Below are positions 33,084 to 42,723 of a DNA stretch of 64,000 nucleotides, in pieces. The stretch covers positions 197,312 through 261,311 of the forward strand of contig CAVZML010000006.1 of assembly GCA_963776395.1 (NCBI GenBank), read 5' to 3'. The position numbers and the translations under genes were made by a program. The stretch comes from an uncultured Chloroflexia bacterium. Its GTDB lineage: Bacteria > Chloroflexota > Limnocylindria > Limnocylindrales > CSP1-4. Below the pieces are notes generated by a model. The model made no database searches and had not been told where the DNA came from. It worked only from the letters and a program-made list of their open reading frames with translations. How positions within the stretch are numbered: position 1 is the first letter of the stretch; each line of letters starts with the position of its first letter.

Positions 33084-34002
33084 GTGACCGGCAGCCAGCG
33101 GGCGATCATCACCGCCGTCTTCGTGGTCGCCGTCATCGGCGGCGCGTTCCTCGCCTTCAACGTGCTCGGCGGCGGGAGTTCGGAACCGTCGTCGGTAGCT
33201 TCCGCATCCGCCACGCCGAAGCTCAGCGACGGCTCCGCCGACGGCGATCGTGTCGCCCGGGGCGCCCGCGACAACCGCCGCGCCCTCGCAGGCGCCTTCG
33301 CCTGTGCCGACGCCCGAGCCCACGCCCAGTGCCGCACCGTCGGCCACCCCGAGGCCGACCACGGCCCCGGGACCAGCCGCGTCGATCACCCTGGCGCAGC
33401 TCAAGCTCGACGCTGCGGACGATCCGGACGGCAAGGACCGGCTCGTGTCGTTCACCACCGGGGGCGCCGGGACGATCACGGTCGCGCTGACCTCGATCAC
33501 GTTCCAGGGCACCACGCGGATGTGCCTGTCGGCCGACGGGAAGGCTCTCGGCTGCAAGACGGCCGCCGAAGGGAAGCTGACTGCGAGGACGACGAAGAAG
33601 GCCGCCTCGTTCGAGCTCACGCTTCGTGGCAAGGGCATCGAGACGCCGGTGGTGGACGTCGCGATCACCTTCCCGGCGACGAAGCCGTCCGTCACGGTCG
33701 CCAACGCGCGGTTCGACGGGACGTCGTTCCCCGAGACCAACGGGATCCAGGCGATCGTGCAGCCGAGGTCGAACGGCGACGTCCACATGGCCGCCGACTG
33801 GGGCGGCCACCCGTTCCTGTACGAGGTCGACCTGATCGAGCAGGGAGGCAGCGGAAGCCAGACGCTCGCGAACCAGGGGCCGGCGACGCGCATGGACGAG
33901 CGGCTCCCGGTCACGGCATCGAACCCGTGGAAGGTCGTGCTCCAGAACATCGAGACCGGGATGGGCACCACGCCGATGACGGCGACGATCGGCTGGCCGT
34001 AG
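33084..34002 (+). pseudogene. Membrane-anchored hypothetical protein, probable frameshift near 33245
   Basis: GTG 33084 opens a TM anchor (AIITAVFVVAVIGGAFLAF) in frame 0. A Pro/Thr linker and a roughly 200-aa beta-rich domain follow in ORF 33250..34002. I recognise no family. Confidence 0.45.
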
Positions 34003-34269
34003 ATCGAACGTCCGCAGCCACCGGTCGCCGGCCGGGCCGCCAGCCTGCCGAGTCTCGCCGAACCAGGGTGTCTCAGAGCCCGCCGAACCTGCCGAGCCAG
34101 ACGCGGCGACCGCCGGGCCAGCCGAGGCCGACGAGGGGTCCGAGCCGACTCCGACCGCCGACCCCAGACCGCTGAGCCCGAGCCCGCGCCCGATGCCGGT
34201 CGCCGAGCGCGCCGCATCCCTGACCGGCCGGCGCGATCATTCACTTACACCATGGGTGTTATCTGGGGC

Positions 34270-34513
34270 GACCTGATCAGCCACCCGTGACACGGGTGCT
34301 GACGCCCGCTGCAGGCCCCAGATGGCAGCAGGTACTCGTGCGACGGGTACTCGCGCAGGTCCAGGCCTGCCGACTCGAGCGACCACCCATCTCGCGGGTG
34401 CACGCGTGGGTCGGGGGTCGGGCCGGACCCCGCCCACGCTCGGGCGCGGCCCCGATGCCCGCGGCGTCTGGCGGGATGTCCTGCCCCCACCCGTGCCATG
34501 AGTGGATGTGGGA
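34270..34513 (+). repeat. Hairpin-bounded intergenic repeat, copy C (inverted relative to copies A and B)
   Basis: It starts with GACCTGATCAGCCACCCGTGACACGGGTG and ends with CCCACCCGTGCCATGAGTGGATGTGGGA. The same termini occur on the minus strand at 55434-55623 and 62600-62789. Confidence 0.6.
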
Positions 34514-34958
34514 CGTGAGCCCCCCGGTCGCGAAGGCGGCCAGGCCGGGCGGGCCGCATCCCGCCGCGACGATAGCCTGGTGGCGCACGCCGCAACCCGC
34601 CGCGCCCGCGGCCTCGTGGCGCGGGCCGCAACCCGCCGCAACGGCGCCCAGCTGGAGCACGCTGCCTCCCGGGCCGGCTGACCGCGCGCCGCATCCCGGC
34701 CTCGGGCCACTGCACTCGTATGCCGCACTCCGACGACCGACTCGCATCAATGATCCAGCGGGCGCACGAGCAGCCGATGCGCCGCATCTGGAGGACATAC
34801 CCGCAGGTGCCGACACCTGCCCCTCCATGGCGATGGATCCGCAGACGACGCGAGCAGCCGAACCCGCAACCCCCTCGCCGGCCAACACGCGATACCCACC
34901 CCCCACGCCCCGCGGCCGGCGCGACGCGGCGGATCGGTGAGCCCGGTACGGTAGCGGC

Positions 34959-35630
34959 ATGGACTCACCCGGTGGTCGGAACCCGTCCGCATCGCTCGCG
35001 CTGCAGCGCCTCGCCCCGGGTCTTGGGCTGTTGATGGGAGTTGGGCTCCTCGCGCTCCTCGCCGCATGCTCTGGCGCCGCACCGGGGTCCGCCCCTGCGG
35101 CACGGGGGTCCGCCCCCGCCGCGACACGAACGCCGGCCGCCGCGACGCCGGCCCTGGCCGCCCCCGTGACTGGGACTCCCGCGACGACCCTCGCTCCCGT
35201 CGGCGAAACCGAGACCGCACGCGTCGTGCGGATCGTCGACGGGGACACCATCGTGATCAACCGCGGTCGCGGTTCAGAGCGCGTCCGCTACATCGGCATG
35301 GACACCCCCGAGTCCGTCAAGCCCAACACCCCCGTCGAGTTCATGGCCAAGGAGGCGTCGGCGGCCAACGAGGCGCTGGTCGCGGGGCGCGAGGTCGTCC
35401 TCGAGCGTGACGTCTCGGAGACCGACCAGTACGGCCGGCTGCTGCGGTATGTCTGGCTGCGCGAGGCCGGAAGCTGGGTCTTCGTGAACCTGGAGCTCGT
35501 CCGGACGGGGTATGCGCAGGTGGCAACCTACCCGCCGGACGTGCGCTGGACCGACACGCTCCTGGCCGCGGAGCGACACGCTCGCGAAGCAGGCCTCGGC
35601 CTGTGGGGGCCCGCGACGCCCGCACCCTGA
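34959..35630 (+). CDS. Thermonuclease (SNase-like) family lipoprotein
   Basis: It has a lipobox LLAAC. VVRIVDGDTIV, VRYIGMDTPE, RYVWL and LVRTGYA are SNase-fold motifs. Confidence 0.85.
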   Translation: MDSPGGRNPSASLALQRLAPGLGLLMGVGLLALLAACSGAAPGSAPAARGSAPAATRTPAAATPALAAPVTGTPATTLAPVGETETARVVRIVDGDTIVINRGRGSERVRYIGMDTPESVKPNTPVEFMAKEASAANEALVAGREVVLERDVSETDQYGRLLRYVWLREAGSWVFVNLELVRTGYAQVATYPPDVRWTDTLLAAERHAREAGLGLWGPATPAP

Positions 35631-35864
35631 GCGTCGGGCGTTCCGATCGCTACCCGCCATCTCCGCCGTGGACTCCCGCGTGGAGCGCCGGGACCCCGGC
35701 CTGCCCGCCGGCGGAGCCGGCAGGCGTCCAGCCTCCTGCAGCGCACGACGGAGCAGGAACTCCACCTGGCCGTTCGTCGATCGCAGGTCGTCCGCGGCCC
35801 AACGCTGGAGGGCCGCGAGCGTCTCCGGATCCAGGCGCAGGAGGAACGGCTTGCGCTCGGCCAT
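35274..35864 (-). CDS. Arc/ribbon-helix-helix-type small DNA-binding protein (3' extent doubtful)
   Basis: ATG 35864 has a GGAGGAG 6 nt upstream. MAERKPFLLRLDPETLAALQRWAADDLRSTNGQVEFLLRRAL is RHH-like. The remaining roughly 130 codons are antisense to the nuclease gene and are probably not real. Confidence 0.5.
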   Translation of the reverse strand: MAERKPFLLRLDPETLAALQRWAADDLRSTNGQVEFLLRRALQEAGRLPAPPAGRPGSRRSTRESTAEMAGSDRNARRSGCGRRGPPQAEACFASVSLRGQERVGPAHVRRVGCHLRIPRPDELQVHEDPASGLAQPDIPQQPAVLVGLRDVTLEDDLAPRDQRLVGRRRLLGHELDGGVGLDGLGGVHADVADAL

Positions 35865-35914
35865 CGTTGCTCCTCCCGCTTCGCCTGGGACGCCCGACCT
35901 GGTGCGGTCGGCTG

Positions 35915-36814
35915 TCAGGAGTAGAGCGTCCCGGTGTTCACGACCGGCTGCGTCTCGTGCTCCGAGCACAGCACGACCAGCAGGTTGCTCACCATCTGCG
36001 CCTTCCGCTCCTCGTCAAGCTCCACGACGTTCTTCGCGGACAGCTGCGCCAGGGCCATCTCCACCATGCCGACGGCGCCCTCGACGATCAGCGTGCGGGC
36101 CGCGATGACCGCCTTTGCCTGCTGGCGGCGCAGCATCGCGTTGGCGATCTCGGCGGCATAGGCGAGGTGGCTGATCCGGGCCTCGATGACCTGGACCCCG
36201 GCCGCCTGGAGGCGGTCCTGGATGTGCGTGCGCAGCTGGTCGGCGATCTCCGCCTGGTTGGCACGCAGCGCGATCTCGTCGTCGCGGTGTGTGTCGTACG
36301 GGTGTGACGTGGCCAGGTTGCGGAGCGCGGACTCGGCCTGGACGCTGACGAAGTTCTCGTAGTCGTCGACCTCGAACAGGGCCTCCGCCGTGTCGGTGAC
36401 CTTCCAGACCACGACCGCGGCGATCTCGATCGGGTTGCCATCGTGATCGTTGACCTTGAGCTTGGACGTCTCGAAGTTGCGGACGCGGATCGAGATCCGG
36501 CGCCGGATCGTGAACGGGTTCACCCACCACAGGCCCTGCTTTCGGATCGTTCCGTGGTAGTTGCCGAACAGCACGACGACGCGTGCCTGGTTGGGGTTGA
36601 CCGGGGTGAGACCCGCGAACCCGAGGCCGATGATGACGCCGGCAAGGATCCACAGGCCGAGCTGGAGGACGATCCAGAGGTCGAGGTCACCAGTCGGGAT
36701 CAGCACCTCGGCCACGTACCAGATGAACGCCGCGACGTAGGCGAGCGTCGCGGCGATGAGGACGACGAGGACCGGGATGCCTGGCAGGGTCCTGACGACG
36801 CGTTCGCTGTTCAT
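35915..36814 (-). CDS. SPFH/band-7 domain membrane protein
   Basis: N-terminal helices are followed by [26 protein letters not shown]... and an [13 protein letters not shown] coiled-coil part. This is typical of SPFH proteins. Confidence 0.85.
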   Translation of the reverse strand: MNSERVVRTLPGIPVLVVLIAATLAYVAAFIWYVAEVLIPTGDLDLWIVLQLGLWILAGVIIGLGFAGLTPVNPNQARVVVLFGNYHGTIRKQGLWWVNPFTIRRRISIRVRNFETSKLKVNDHDGNPIEIAAVVVWKVTDTAEALFEVDDYENFVSVQAESALRNLATSHPYDTHRDDEIALRANQAEIADQLRTHIQDRLQAAGVQVIEARISHLAYAAEIANAMLRRQQAKAVIAARTLIVEGAVGMVEMALAQLSAKNVVELDEERKAQMVSNLLVVLCSEHETQPVVNTGTLYS

Positions 36815-37129
36815 CGTGTGCTCGATTCTCCTGGTCGCGCAACATCCGGCGCGCGATCAGAATGATATCACAACGATAGAAGAGCGCCCGAGAGCCCGGG
36901 ACTGCACCCGCCAGGCGGCGTGCGGGCGGCGATCCCGCGCATGGGGCACGGCGTTCGCGGTCGCCTGACCCTTGGGTCCAGGTCGGCGGGACCATCGACG
37001 AGGGGCGCCCGGGACCGCCGGACCATGGCCGGAACCGGCGCCACGGGCGAGGCTGGAGGCATCCCTCGCGGTCCACGGGTCCCGGCGCGTCGCCGGCGAC
37101 TGGCCAGCCGCCCAACGACACAGCCCGGT

Positions 37130-38588
37130 ATGCACCTGACCTCACGACCCGCCCGAGCCATCGTCGCCGTCTGCCTCGTGGTGGTGACGCTCCTGTCCGT
37201 CGCGCCGGCCCCGGCGGCCGCCCTCCAGCCACCTCGACCGCTGCCCAACTACCGGCCCGAATTCGTGACCGAGACGGACGAGCATCCGTGGATCGATTGC
37301 CTGTGGGCGTCGGGCGCGATGCTGCTCGACAAGTGGACCAACGGCGACGTGACGAAGACGCACCAGCAGCTGCGGAAGCTGGCGCGGGACCACAAGGGCG
37401 GCTCCACGCTCGAGGACCTCCACGCCGCCTTCGCCCGGCTGGGCTTCAGGCTCCAGTTCTCGCCCGACGGCGGCGAGCGGATGACGTGGCCGAAGCTGCT
37501 GCGGCGCCTCGGCAAGGGAGCCGGTGCCGTCATCCTCGGTGACGACTCCAAGCTGCCGCGCTGGTACGGCCGCTGGGACTACGGGTTCTGGCGGCTGACG
37601 AAGAAGGAGAAGAAGACCAAGGACAACCACGCGGTCTACATCGAGCGGTACGACGCCCGGCACGGCCGCGTGTGGCTCATGGACCCGCTGGCACGCCCCG
37701 GCTGGAATGGCGAGTGGATCAGCCGTCGCGGCGCTGCGCCGCTTCGCCTGGTCGGCCGGCGGCTACCTGTCCGTGGCCGTGACGCCGACGGCGAGGCGTG
37801 CCCCGTTCGCGCGGGTCAAGGTCGCCGGCGCGAGCATCTCGATGACCTCCCGGAGCCTGACGGCGACCTTTGGCCTGAAGGCGCCCCGCAGGTGGTCCTT
37901 CCCGGGCGCGAATGTCAGGGCGGTCTTCAAGCCGGCCGACGACCCTCTGCTCTCGGCCGCAATGACAGTCCCGGTCGCGACATCGACCGCCACCGCCGCC
38001 GGCCCCAGGAAGCCGGTGGCCCGTGTCCGCGGCAAGTCGCTCCAGGCGTCGGCGGCCCTCCCGGCGAAACCCGGCGCCTACCGGGCCACGCTGACCCTGA
38101 CGGACCGGCGGTTCGGCAGGGTCGTCGCGCGGGCCGGCGAGGTCGCGGTGTTCGTGCCCGGCCCACGCAGCGCCACGCTCAGCCTCCACATGAACAAGGA
38201 CACCATCGAGTCCGGCAGGGCGGTCCCAGTGTCGCTATCGGTCGCGAACACCGGCACCCAGACCTGGGCCGAGCCAAACCGGGTCCCGGGCGCCCAGGCC
38301 TCGCGGCTCCCCGCCCGGGCGACGCGTGTAGTCGCCCGGTGGATCCCGCTGGATGGCCAGGCCGGCGCGGGTGCCCCGGCCACTGTCGAGCTGGGCGCCG
38401 TCCCCCTGGCGCCCGGCAAGCTGACGGTGATCAAGATGAAGATCCTGGCGCCCGACTCGCCGGGCACCTGGGCGCTGGTGGTGGACGTCGTCGACGACGT
38501 GGACGGGTCGTTCGCGGCGCTCGGGAGCGCACCCGCGGTCAGGGTCTTCGAGCTGATCGTCCCGCCGGCCATCGAGGAGCTCGAGTAG
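37130..38588 (+). pseudogene. Secreted papain-like (C39-like) cysteine-peptidase-fold protein with C-terminal beta-sandwich domains, frameshift near 37715
   Basis: It has a signal peptide. The candidate Cys is in HPWIDCLWASGAML and the candidate His in DNHAVYIERYD. The C-terminal part continues in ORF 37707..38588. Confidence 0.5.
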
Positions 38589-38744
38589 CGCCGCGCGTGG
38601 GGCGGCGCCGCGCGACGTGGCGCCACGGGCGAGGCGGCGCCAGGGGCAGGCGTGCGCCACGGGCAGGCGTGCGCCGAACACGCCGTTCACACGTCCGGTC
38701 CACGATGACCCTGCACAGTCGCACGCAGGGAGGCGGACGCCGCC

Positions 38745-39197
38745 ATGGACCAGGCAGCCCGGCGCCGGACGATCGGCCTCGTCGCCCACGACAACATGAA
38801 GACCGACCTCATCGAATGGGTCGTGTACAACCGGCGCTCGATCGTCGACCACGATCTCGTGGCCACCGGCACCACGGGCACGCTCCTCGAGGAGGAGCTG
38901 GGGGTCGGTATCCGGAAGCTCCAGAGCGGCCCGCTTGGCGGGGATCAGCAGCTCGGTGCGCTCATCGCCGAAGGGGAGATCGACCTCCTGGTCTTCTTCT
39001 GGGATCCACTCGAGCCCCAGCCCCACGACCCGGACGTGAAGGCGCTGATCCGCCTGGCCGTGGTCTGGAACATCCCGGTCGCCTGCAACCGCGCGACTGC
39101 CGACTTCCTCATCTCGTCACCGCTGATGACCAGCGGCTACGAACGGCGGCAGCCGAACTATGGGAGCTATATCGACCGGTTCGTCGAGCCCGGCTGA
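38745..39197 (+). CDS. mgsA: Methylglyoxal synthase
   Basis: IGLVAHDNMK, VATGTTG, SGPLGGDQQ and FFWDPL are canonical MgsA motifs. Confidence 0.9.
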   Translation: MDQAARRRTIGLVAHDNMKTDLIEWVVYNRRSIVDHDLVATGTTGTLLEEELGVGIRKLQSGPLGGDQQLGALIAEGEIDLLVFFWDPLEPQPHDPDVKALIRLAVVWNIPVACNRATADFLISSPLMTSGYERRQPNYGSYIDRFVEPG

Positions 39198-39307
39198 TCG
39201 AGGCAGACCCATCCGCCACCTCGGGTCATTTCGGGCTGGCGGTCGCGCCGTCCGGGACGTACCGTTTCATGCGTGCCGCCGCCGGCGGCTCAAGGGAGGG
39301 TCGTTGG

Positions 39308-39955
39308 ATGTCGTCACGAGTGATGCGGCTGGCGGGGCCGCCGGCCACAATCCTGGCCGGGCTTCTGATCGTTGCCGCCTGCGGCTCGTCCACGGCATCG
39401 CCCACTCCGAGTCCCACGGCGGCGCCGACGCCGGCACCGACGCCGGCCGCCACCCCTGCGCCGACGCCCGCGCCGACTCCCACCCCGGCGCCGACTCCGG
39501 CCCCGACCCCCACGGCAACCGCGAAAGTCGACGCCGCCGAGGGCCTGACGATCGAGGACCCGTACACGCTCGTCCCGCTCGGCGCGGTCCAGTCGGCCGC
39601 GTTCGAGGCCGGGATCCAGCAGGGCCTCGGCGCGATGGCCGGAGTGATGCAGATCGGGGTGCGCCAGGTCGAGAAGGACGGCACGCCGACCGGGCTCCTG
39701 CTGGCGATGAACTTCCCGGGCCTCGGCCTCACGGATCAATCGGGGTTCCTTGCGAGCATCGCCAGCGGCATGGCCGGCCAGTCCAGCGCCAAGGTCACGA
39801 CCAAGACCATCGCCGGGCAGCCCGTCGCGTTCGTCGCCGCAGCCGACGCCACATGGGCCGTCTACAAGCACGGCGAAGGGGTGATCGCGGTCTATGCGCA
39901 GACGGCCAAGGACGCGACCGCGATGGTGACCGCGGTCATCAAGGCAAACGAGTAG
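39308..39955 (+). CDS. Lipoprotein with Pro/Thr/Ala linker, function unknown
   Basis: It has a lipobox IVAAC, a roughly 40-aa (T/A)P-repeat linker and a roughly 140-aa globular part. It is embedded in the composite 1011-aa ORF 36920..39955. Confidence 0.6.
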   Translation: MSSRVMRLAGPPATILAGLLIVAACGSSTASPTPSPTAAPTPAPTPAATPAPTPAPTPTPAPTPAPTPTATAKVDAAEGLTIEDPYTLVPLGAVQSAAFEAGIQQGLGAMAGVMQIGVRQVEKDGTPTGLLLAMNFPGLGLTDQSGFLASIASGMAGQSSAKVTTKTIAGQPVAFVAAADATWAVYKHGEGVIAVYAQTAKDATAMVTAVIKANE

Positions 39956-40210
39956 CAGGAGGCCGGCCGCGGCCGGCGTTCAGGCCCGCGAAGCCGGCGT
40001 TCAGACCGGCGAAGGTCGACGCTCAGGTCAACGCGAACATCGACGCGCTCGACAGGTCGGATGGCTGGCGCTCGCCGGGCCTTGGGCTCCGGCCGGGCAT
40101 AGGCTCGGCCTGGGGTGGCATTGCGGCGCCTTGACCGCCGGGGGGACAATCGTCACCACCGGGTCCGGATCCTCGGCCGGGACGCGGTGGCCGCCCATGG
40201 AGCCTCACAG

Positions 40211-40486
40211 ATGCAAGCGTCCCCGATCCCCGTCACCATCCTGCGCGAGCCCTCGCCCGACGCGGTCTGCACCTGTGAGCACTGGGTCCACTGCGACTGC
40301 GCATGCCATACGCCCCTCTGTGACCCTGCCGACGCAACGTGTGACGTGGCGTATCTCGCTGACGACGGCGGGCTGACCCGCTGGGGCTGTCCGGACTGCA
40401 CGCCCGGCGAGCGGGCACCCCACGTGCTCGGCTGTGAGCTGATCGGCTGGCACGTGCCGATGCCGAGGCCGATCGCCCCGGCCTGA
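40211..40486 (+). CDS. Cys-rich small hypothetical protein (91 aa)
   Basis: It contains ten Cys, including CTCEHWVHCDCACHTPLC and CPDC. I recognise no family, and coding status rests on ORF length only. Confidence 0.3.
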   Translation: MQASPIPVTILREPSPDAVCTCEHWVHCDCACHTPLCDPADATCDVAYLADDGGLTRWGCPDCTPGERAPHVLGCELIGWHVPMPRPIAPA

Positions 40487-40731
40487 CGGCTCGCCCGGCC
40501 TGACGGCTCGCCCCGGCCTTGACGGCACACCGCCCGAGGCGGCGGTCAGGGTGCGAGGCGGCGGGTCAGGGTGCGAGGTGGTCGACCGGTGCACGAAGGT
40601 CGCAGGCCTGCCTGACCGTCGTACGCCGACATCGGCGCCGACTCGGGTGATACTTGCCCCGACGCCGGGCAGTTCAGCCAGCCCGCCGGTGTCGCAGGCA
40701 ACGAGGGATTGATGTTCGGACCCGTGCTGCG

Positions 40732-41781
40732 GTGAGCTACGACCTGGTGGTCTGGCCGGTGGACCGCGCCCTGTCGCTCGAGGAGGCGGTCGCCGAGGTC
40801 GGGCGGCTCGGTACCTCGCTGTGGTTCGGGCTGGGACATGACAGCCGGCTGGACCCGTTCATCGCCGCGATGGAGGAGCGCTACCCGGGAATCCGGAGCC
40901 GCGGCGCCGAGCCTCCGCCGTTCGAGTTCGACGTCCATCGCCACCAGGTCTTCCTGACCATCCCCGCGAGCATGGCCGAGGCGGTCGTGGGCGCCGTGAC
41001 GGAGGCGGCATGGAGGTCGGGCCTCGCCGTCTATGATCCTCAACGGCGGGCGGTCGGGCTCCCGAATCCGTACGCCGAGGCCCCCATGGCGTCCGATGGC
41101 CTCGAGCCCTACGTCCCGGCGTCGGAGGAGGCCCTGACCACGATCCCGCAGGGGGCGGCGATCGCACCCGGGGACGACCCGGACGGCCTCCGCGGCACGA
41201 CCTCCGGACAGCTCCCGGCAGCCGCCTTCCACCAGGTGAGCCCGCTCGGATACGAGATCACGCCGGAGGTCGAGGCGGAGTACAGGGCCGACCCCCTGCG
41301 CATGGCGTCCATCCTCCAGACGCCCGAGCGGAAGGCACAGCTGATCGCCGACATGCGGTCGCCGTCCCCGGGCGCCCGCCATGCGGCGCTCGGACAGCTC
41401 GCCGGCTGGGACCCGGACCCGGAGGTCGCCACCGCCCTGCGGCCGGTGCTCGCGTCGGACGACGTCTTCGAGGCCGGCCAGGCCGCCGGGGGCCTGGCGC
41501 GCCAGGGCGACATCACGGACCTGCCGGCCGTCCTGGACCTCGTCCACCGCATGTCGCCCGCGGACGGCGGGAGCGCCGAGGCGATGCTGATGCCCCTCCG
41601 CGCCGCCCTCGAGCTCGCCGGCCCCGCCGGCCCCATGGTCGTGGATGGCGTCAAGACCCGGGCGCGGGCGTGGCGCGGCGATCGCCGGGTCCGCCGGCAG
41701 CCGTGGGAGGGCGACATCGACCGGAAGCTGGACGAGCTGCTTGGAGACGCCCAGACCCCCGGTTCATCCGGGACCCCGTGA
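40732..41781 (+). CDS. Hypothetical protein with HEAT-like C-terminal repeats
   Basis: 349 aa counted from GTG 40732. The C-terminal segments (ARHAALGQLAGWDPDPEVATALRPVLASDD, GGLARQGDITDLPAVLDLV) look HEAT/PBS-lyase-like. The start is uncertain. Confidence 0.45.
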   Translation: MSYDLVVWPVDRALSLEEAVAEVGRLGTSLWFGLGHDSRLDPFIAAMEERYPGIRSRGAEPPPFEFDVHRHQVFLTIPASMAEAVVGAVTEAAWRSGLAVYDPQRRAVGLPNPYAEAPMASDGLEPYVPASEEALTTIPQGAAIAPGDDPDGLRGTTSGQLPAAAFHQVSPLGYEITPEVEAEYRADPLRMASILQTPERKAQLIADMRSPSPGARHAALGQLAGWDPDPEVATALRPVLASDDVFEAGQAAGGLARQGDITDLPAVLDLVHRMSPADGGSAEAMLMPLRAALELAGPAGPMVVDGVKTRARAWRGDRRVRRQPWEGDIDRKLDELLGDAQTPGSSGTP

Positions 41782-41806
41782 CCGAGCAGACCGCGTCCGG
41801 GGTGAG

Positions 41807-42562
41807 CTAGGGGCCGATCGGCTGCACCGACACCCACGTGCCCTCCCAGGCCATCCGGATGCGCGCGTAATGCCAGGGGGTGAAGAAGCCCTTCAGCTGC
41901 GTCGGCGTCAGCTTCCTGTCCGGGGCCATGTCGTACCCGTAGGTCCTGCTCTGGAGGCCCCAGAGCGGCCCGATGACGCGAACGCTCGTCACCGTGAAGC
42001 TCCGCGTCCTGGCCGGGTCGGCCGTCGCGGCGAAACCCGTGATGATCCACGCGTGGTTGCCGTGGGCGACCGTGATCGCGACTGGAAGGTTCGTCCTGCG
42101 CAGGCTGGTCACGGCTGACCGGAGCGCCGCCGAGAAGGTGTCGCTGGCGACGCGTCGGTACCGGTCGTCGACGTAGTGGCGGAGCCCGGCCGTCCAGCCG
42201 CCAGGGTCGACGCCGTCGGCCGCCGGGATCGGGTACCGGTTGTGCGCGCGCATGTAGGTGTAGTAGCGATACTGGCCGGCCCGCGAGTGGTCCTGCTGGT
42301 GGTGGACGACGTTGCGCATGATCTGGACGTCGGCCGCCGTGCACCACTGCCAGGTCTTCTGGGTGGTGAACACCCCTGCGCGATAGAGATCGATGCTGCC
42401 GTCCCACGCCGGCAGGGCGGCCGCAGCGCCCGCAGCACCCGCTGCCGCCGGGGCCGCGGCGGCAGCGGCGCCCGCCGGGACCACGCTCCCACACAGCACG
42501 GCGACCAGGGTCGCGACCAGGGCGACCCGGACGCCATGGGCGTCGGCCAGGTGGCGCATCAT
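41807..42562 (-). CDS. Secreted papain-like (C39-like) fold protein
   Basis: The signal peptide begins at MMRHL. The candidate Cys is in TWQWCTAADVQIM and the candidate His in GNHAWIITGF. The layout is the same as in 37130-38588. Confidence 0.5.
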   Translation of the reverse strand: MMRHLADAHGVRVALVATLVAVLCGSVVPAGAAAAAAPAAAGAAGAAAALPAWDGSIDLYRAGVFTTQKTWQWCTAADVQIMRNVVHHQQDHSRAGQYRYYTYMRAHNRYPIPAADGVDPGGWTAGLRHYVDDRYRRVASDTFSAALRSAVTSLRRTNLPVAITVAHGNHAWIITGFAATADPARTRSFTVTSVRVIGPLWGLQSRTYGYDMAPDRKLTPTQLKGFFTPWHYARIRMAWEGTWVSVQPIGP

Positions 42563-42637
42563 GCGACCGATGGTAGTCCCGCGGCGCAATCCGAAGGCCG
42601 AGCCCGACCCTGGCGCCGTCCTGCAGTGAGGGCGACG

Positions 42638-42697
42638 GCACCGAGGGCAACCGCACCGAGGGCAACCGCACCGAGGGCCACCGCACCGAGGGCTACG
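42638..42697. repeat. 15-bp tandem repeat x4 in a divergent promoter region
   Basis: The unit gcaccgagggcaacc occurs four times; the last two units carry 1-3 substitutions. The array lies between the divergent starts at 42562 (-) and 42724 (+). Confidence 0.8.
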
Positions 42698-42723
42698 ACG
42701 CGTGTCGCTTCGGGGGATCCCTG

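Noticed and set aside
34003-34958. tmRNA, RNase P RNA or another housekeeping RNA in the 955-nt gap.
   Set aside because: The gap has no GAGGAAAGTCCGGGC-type P4 sequence, no GGTTCGA(A/T)TCC T-arm with a 3' CCA, and no tag-peptide reading frame. The GGGGCGACCTGATC start only superficially resembles a tmRNA 5' end.
36920-39955. A 1011-aa 'giant' ORF. The same issue applies to 29075..31378 (767 aa) and 54041..56422 (793 aa).
   Set aside because: These are composites. Unrelated genes or gene fragments happen to share a frame with no intervening stop. The real units inside 36920..39955 are the peptidase-like N-terminus and the lipoprotein. Inside 29075..31378 they are the aldolase and ALDH fragments, and inside 54041..56422 the HTH N-terminus and the nrdJ leader.
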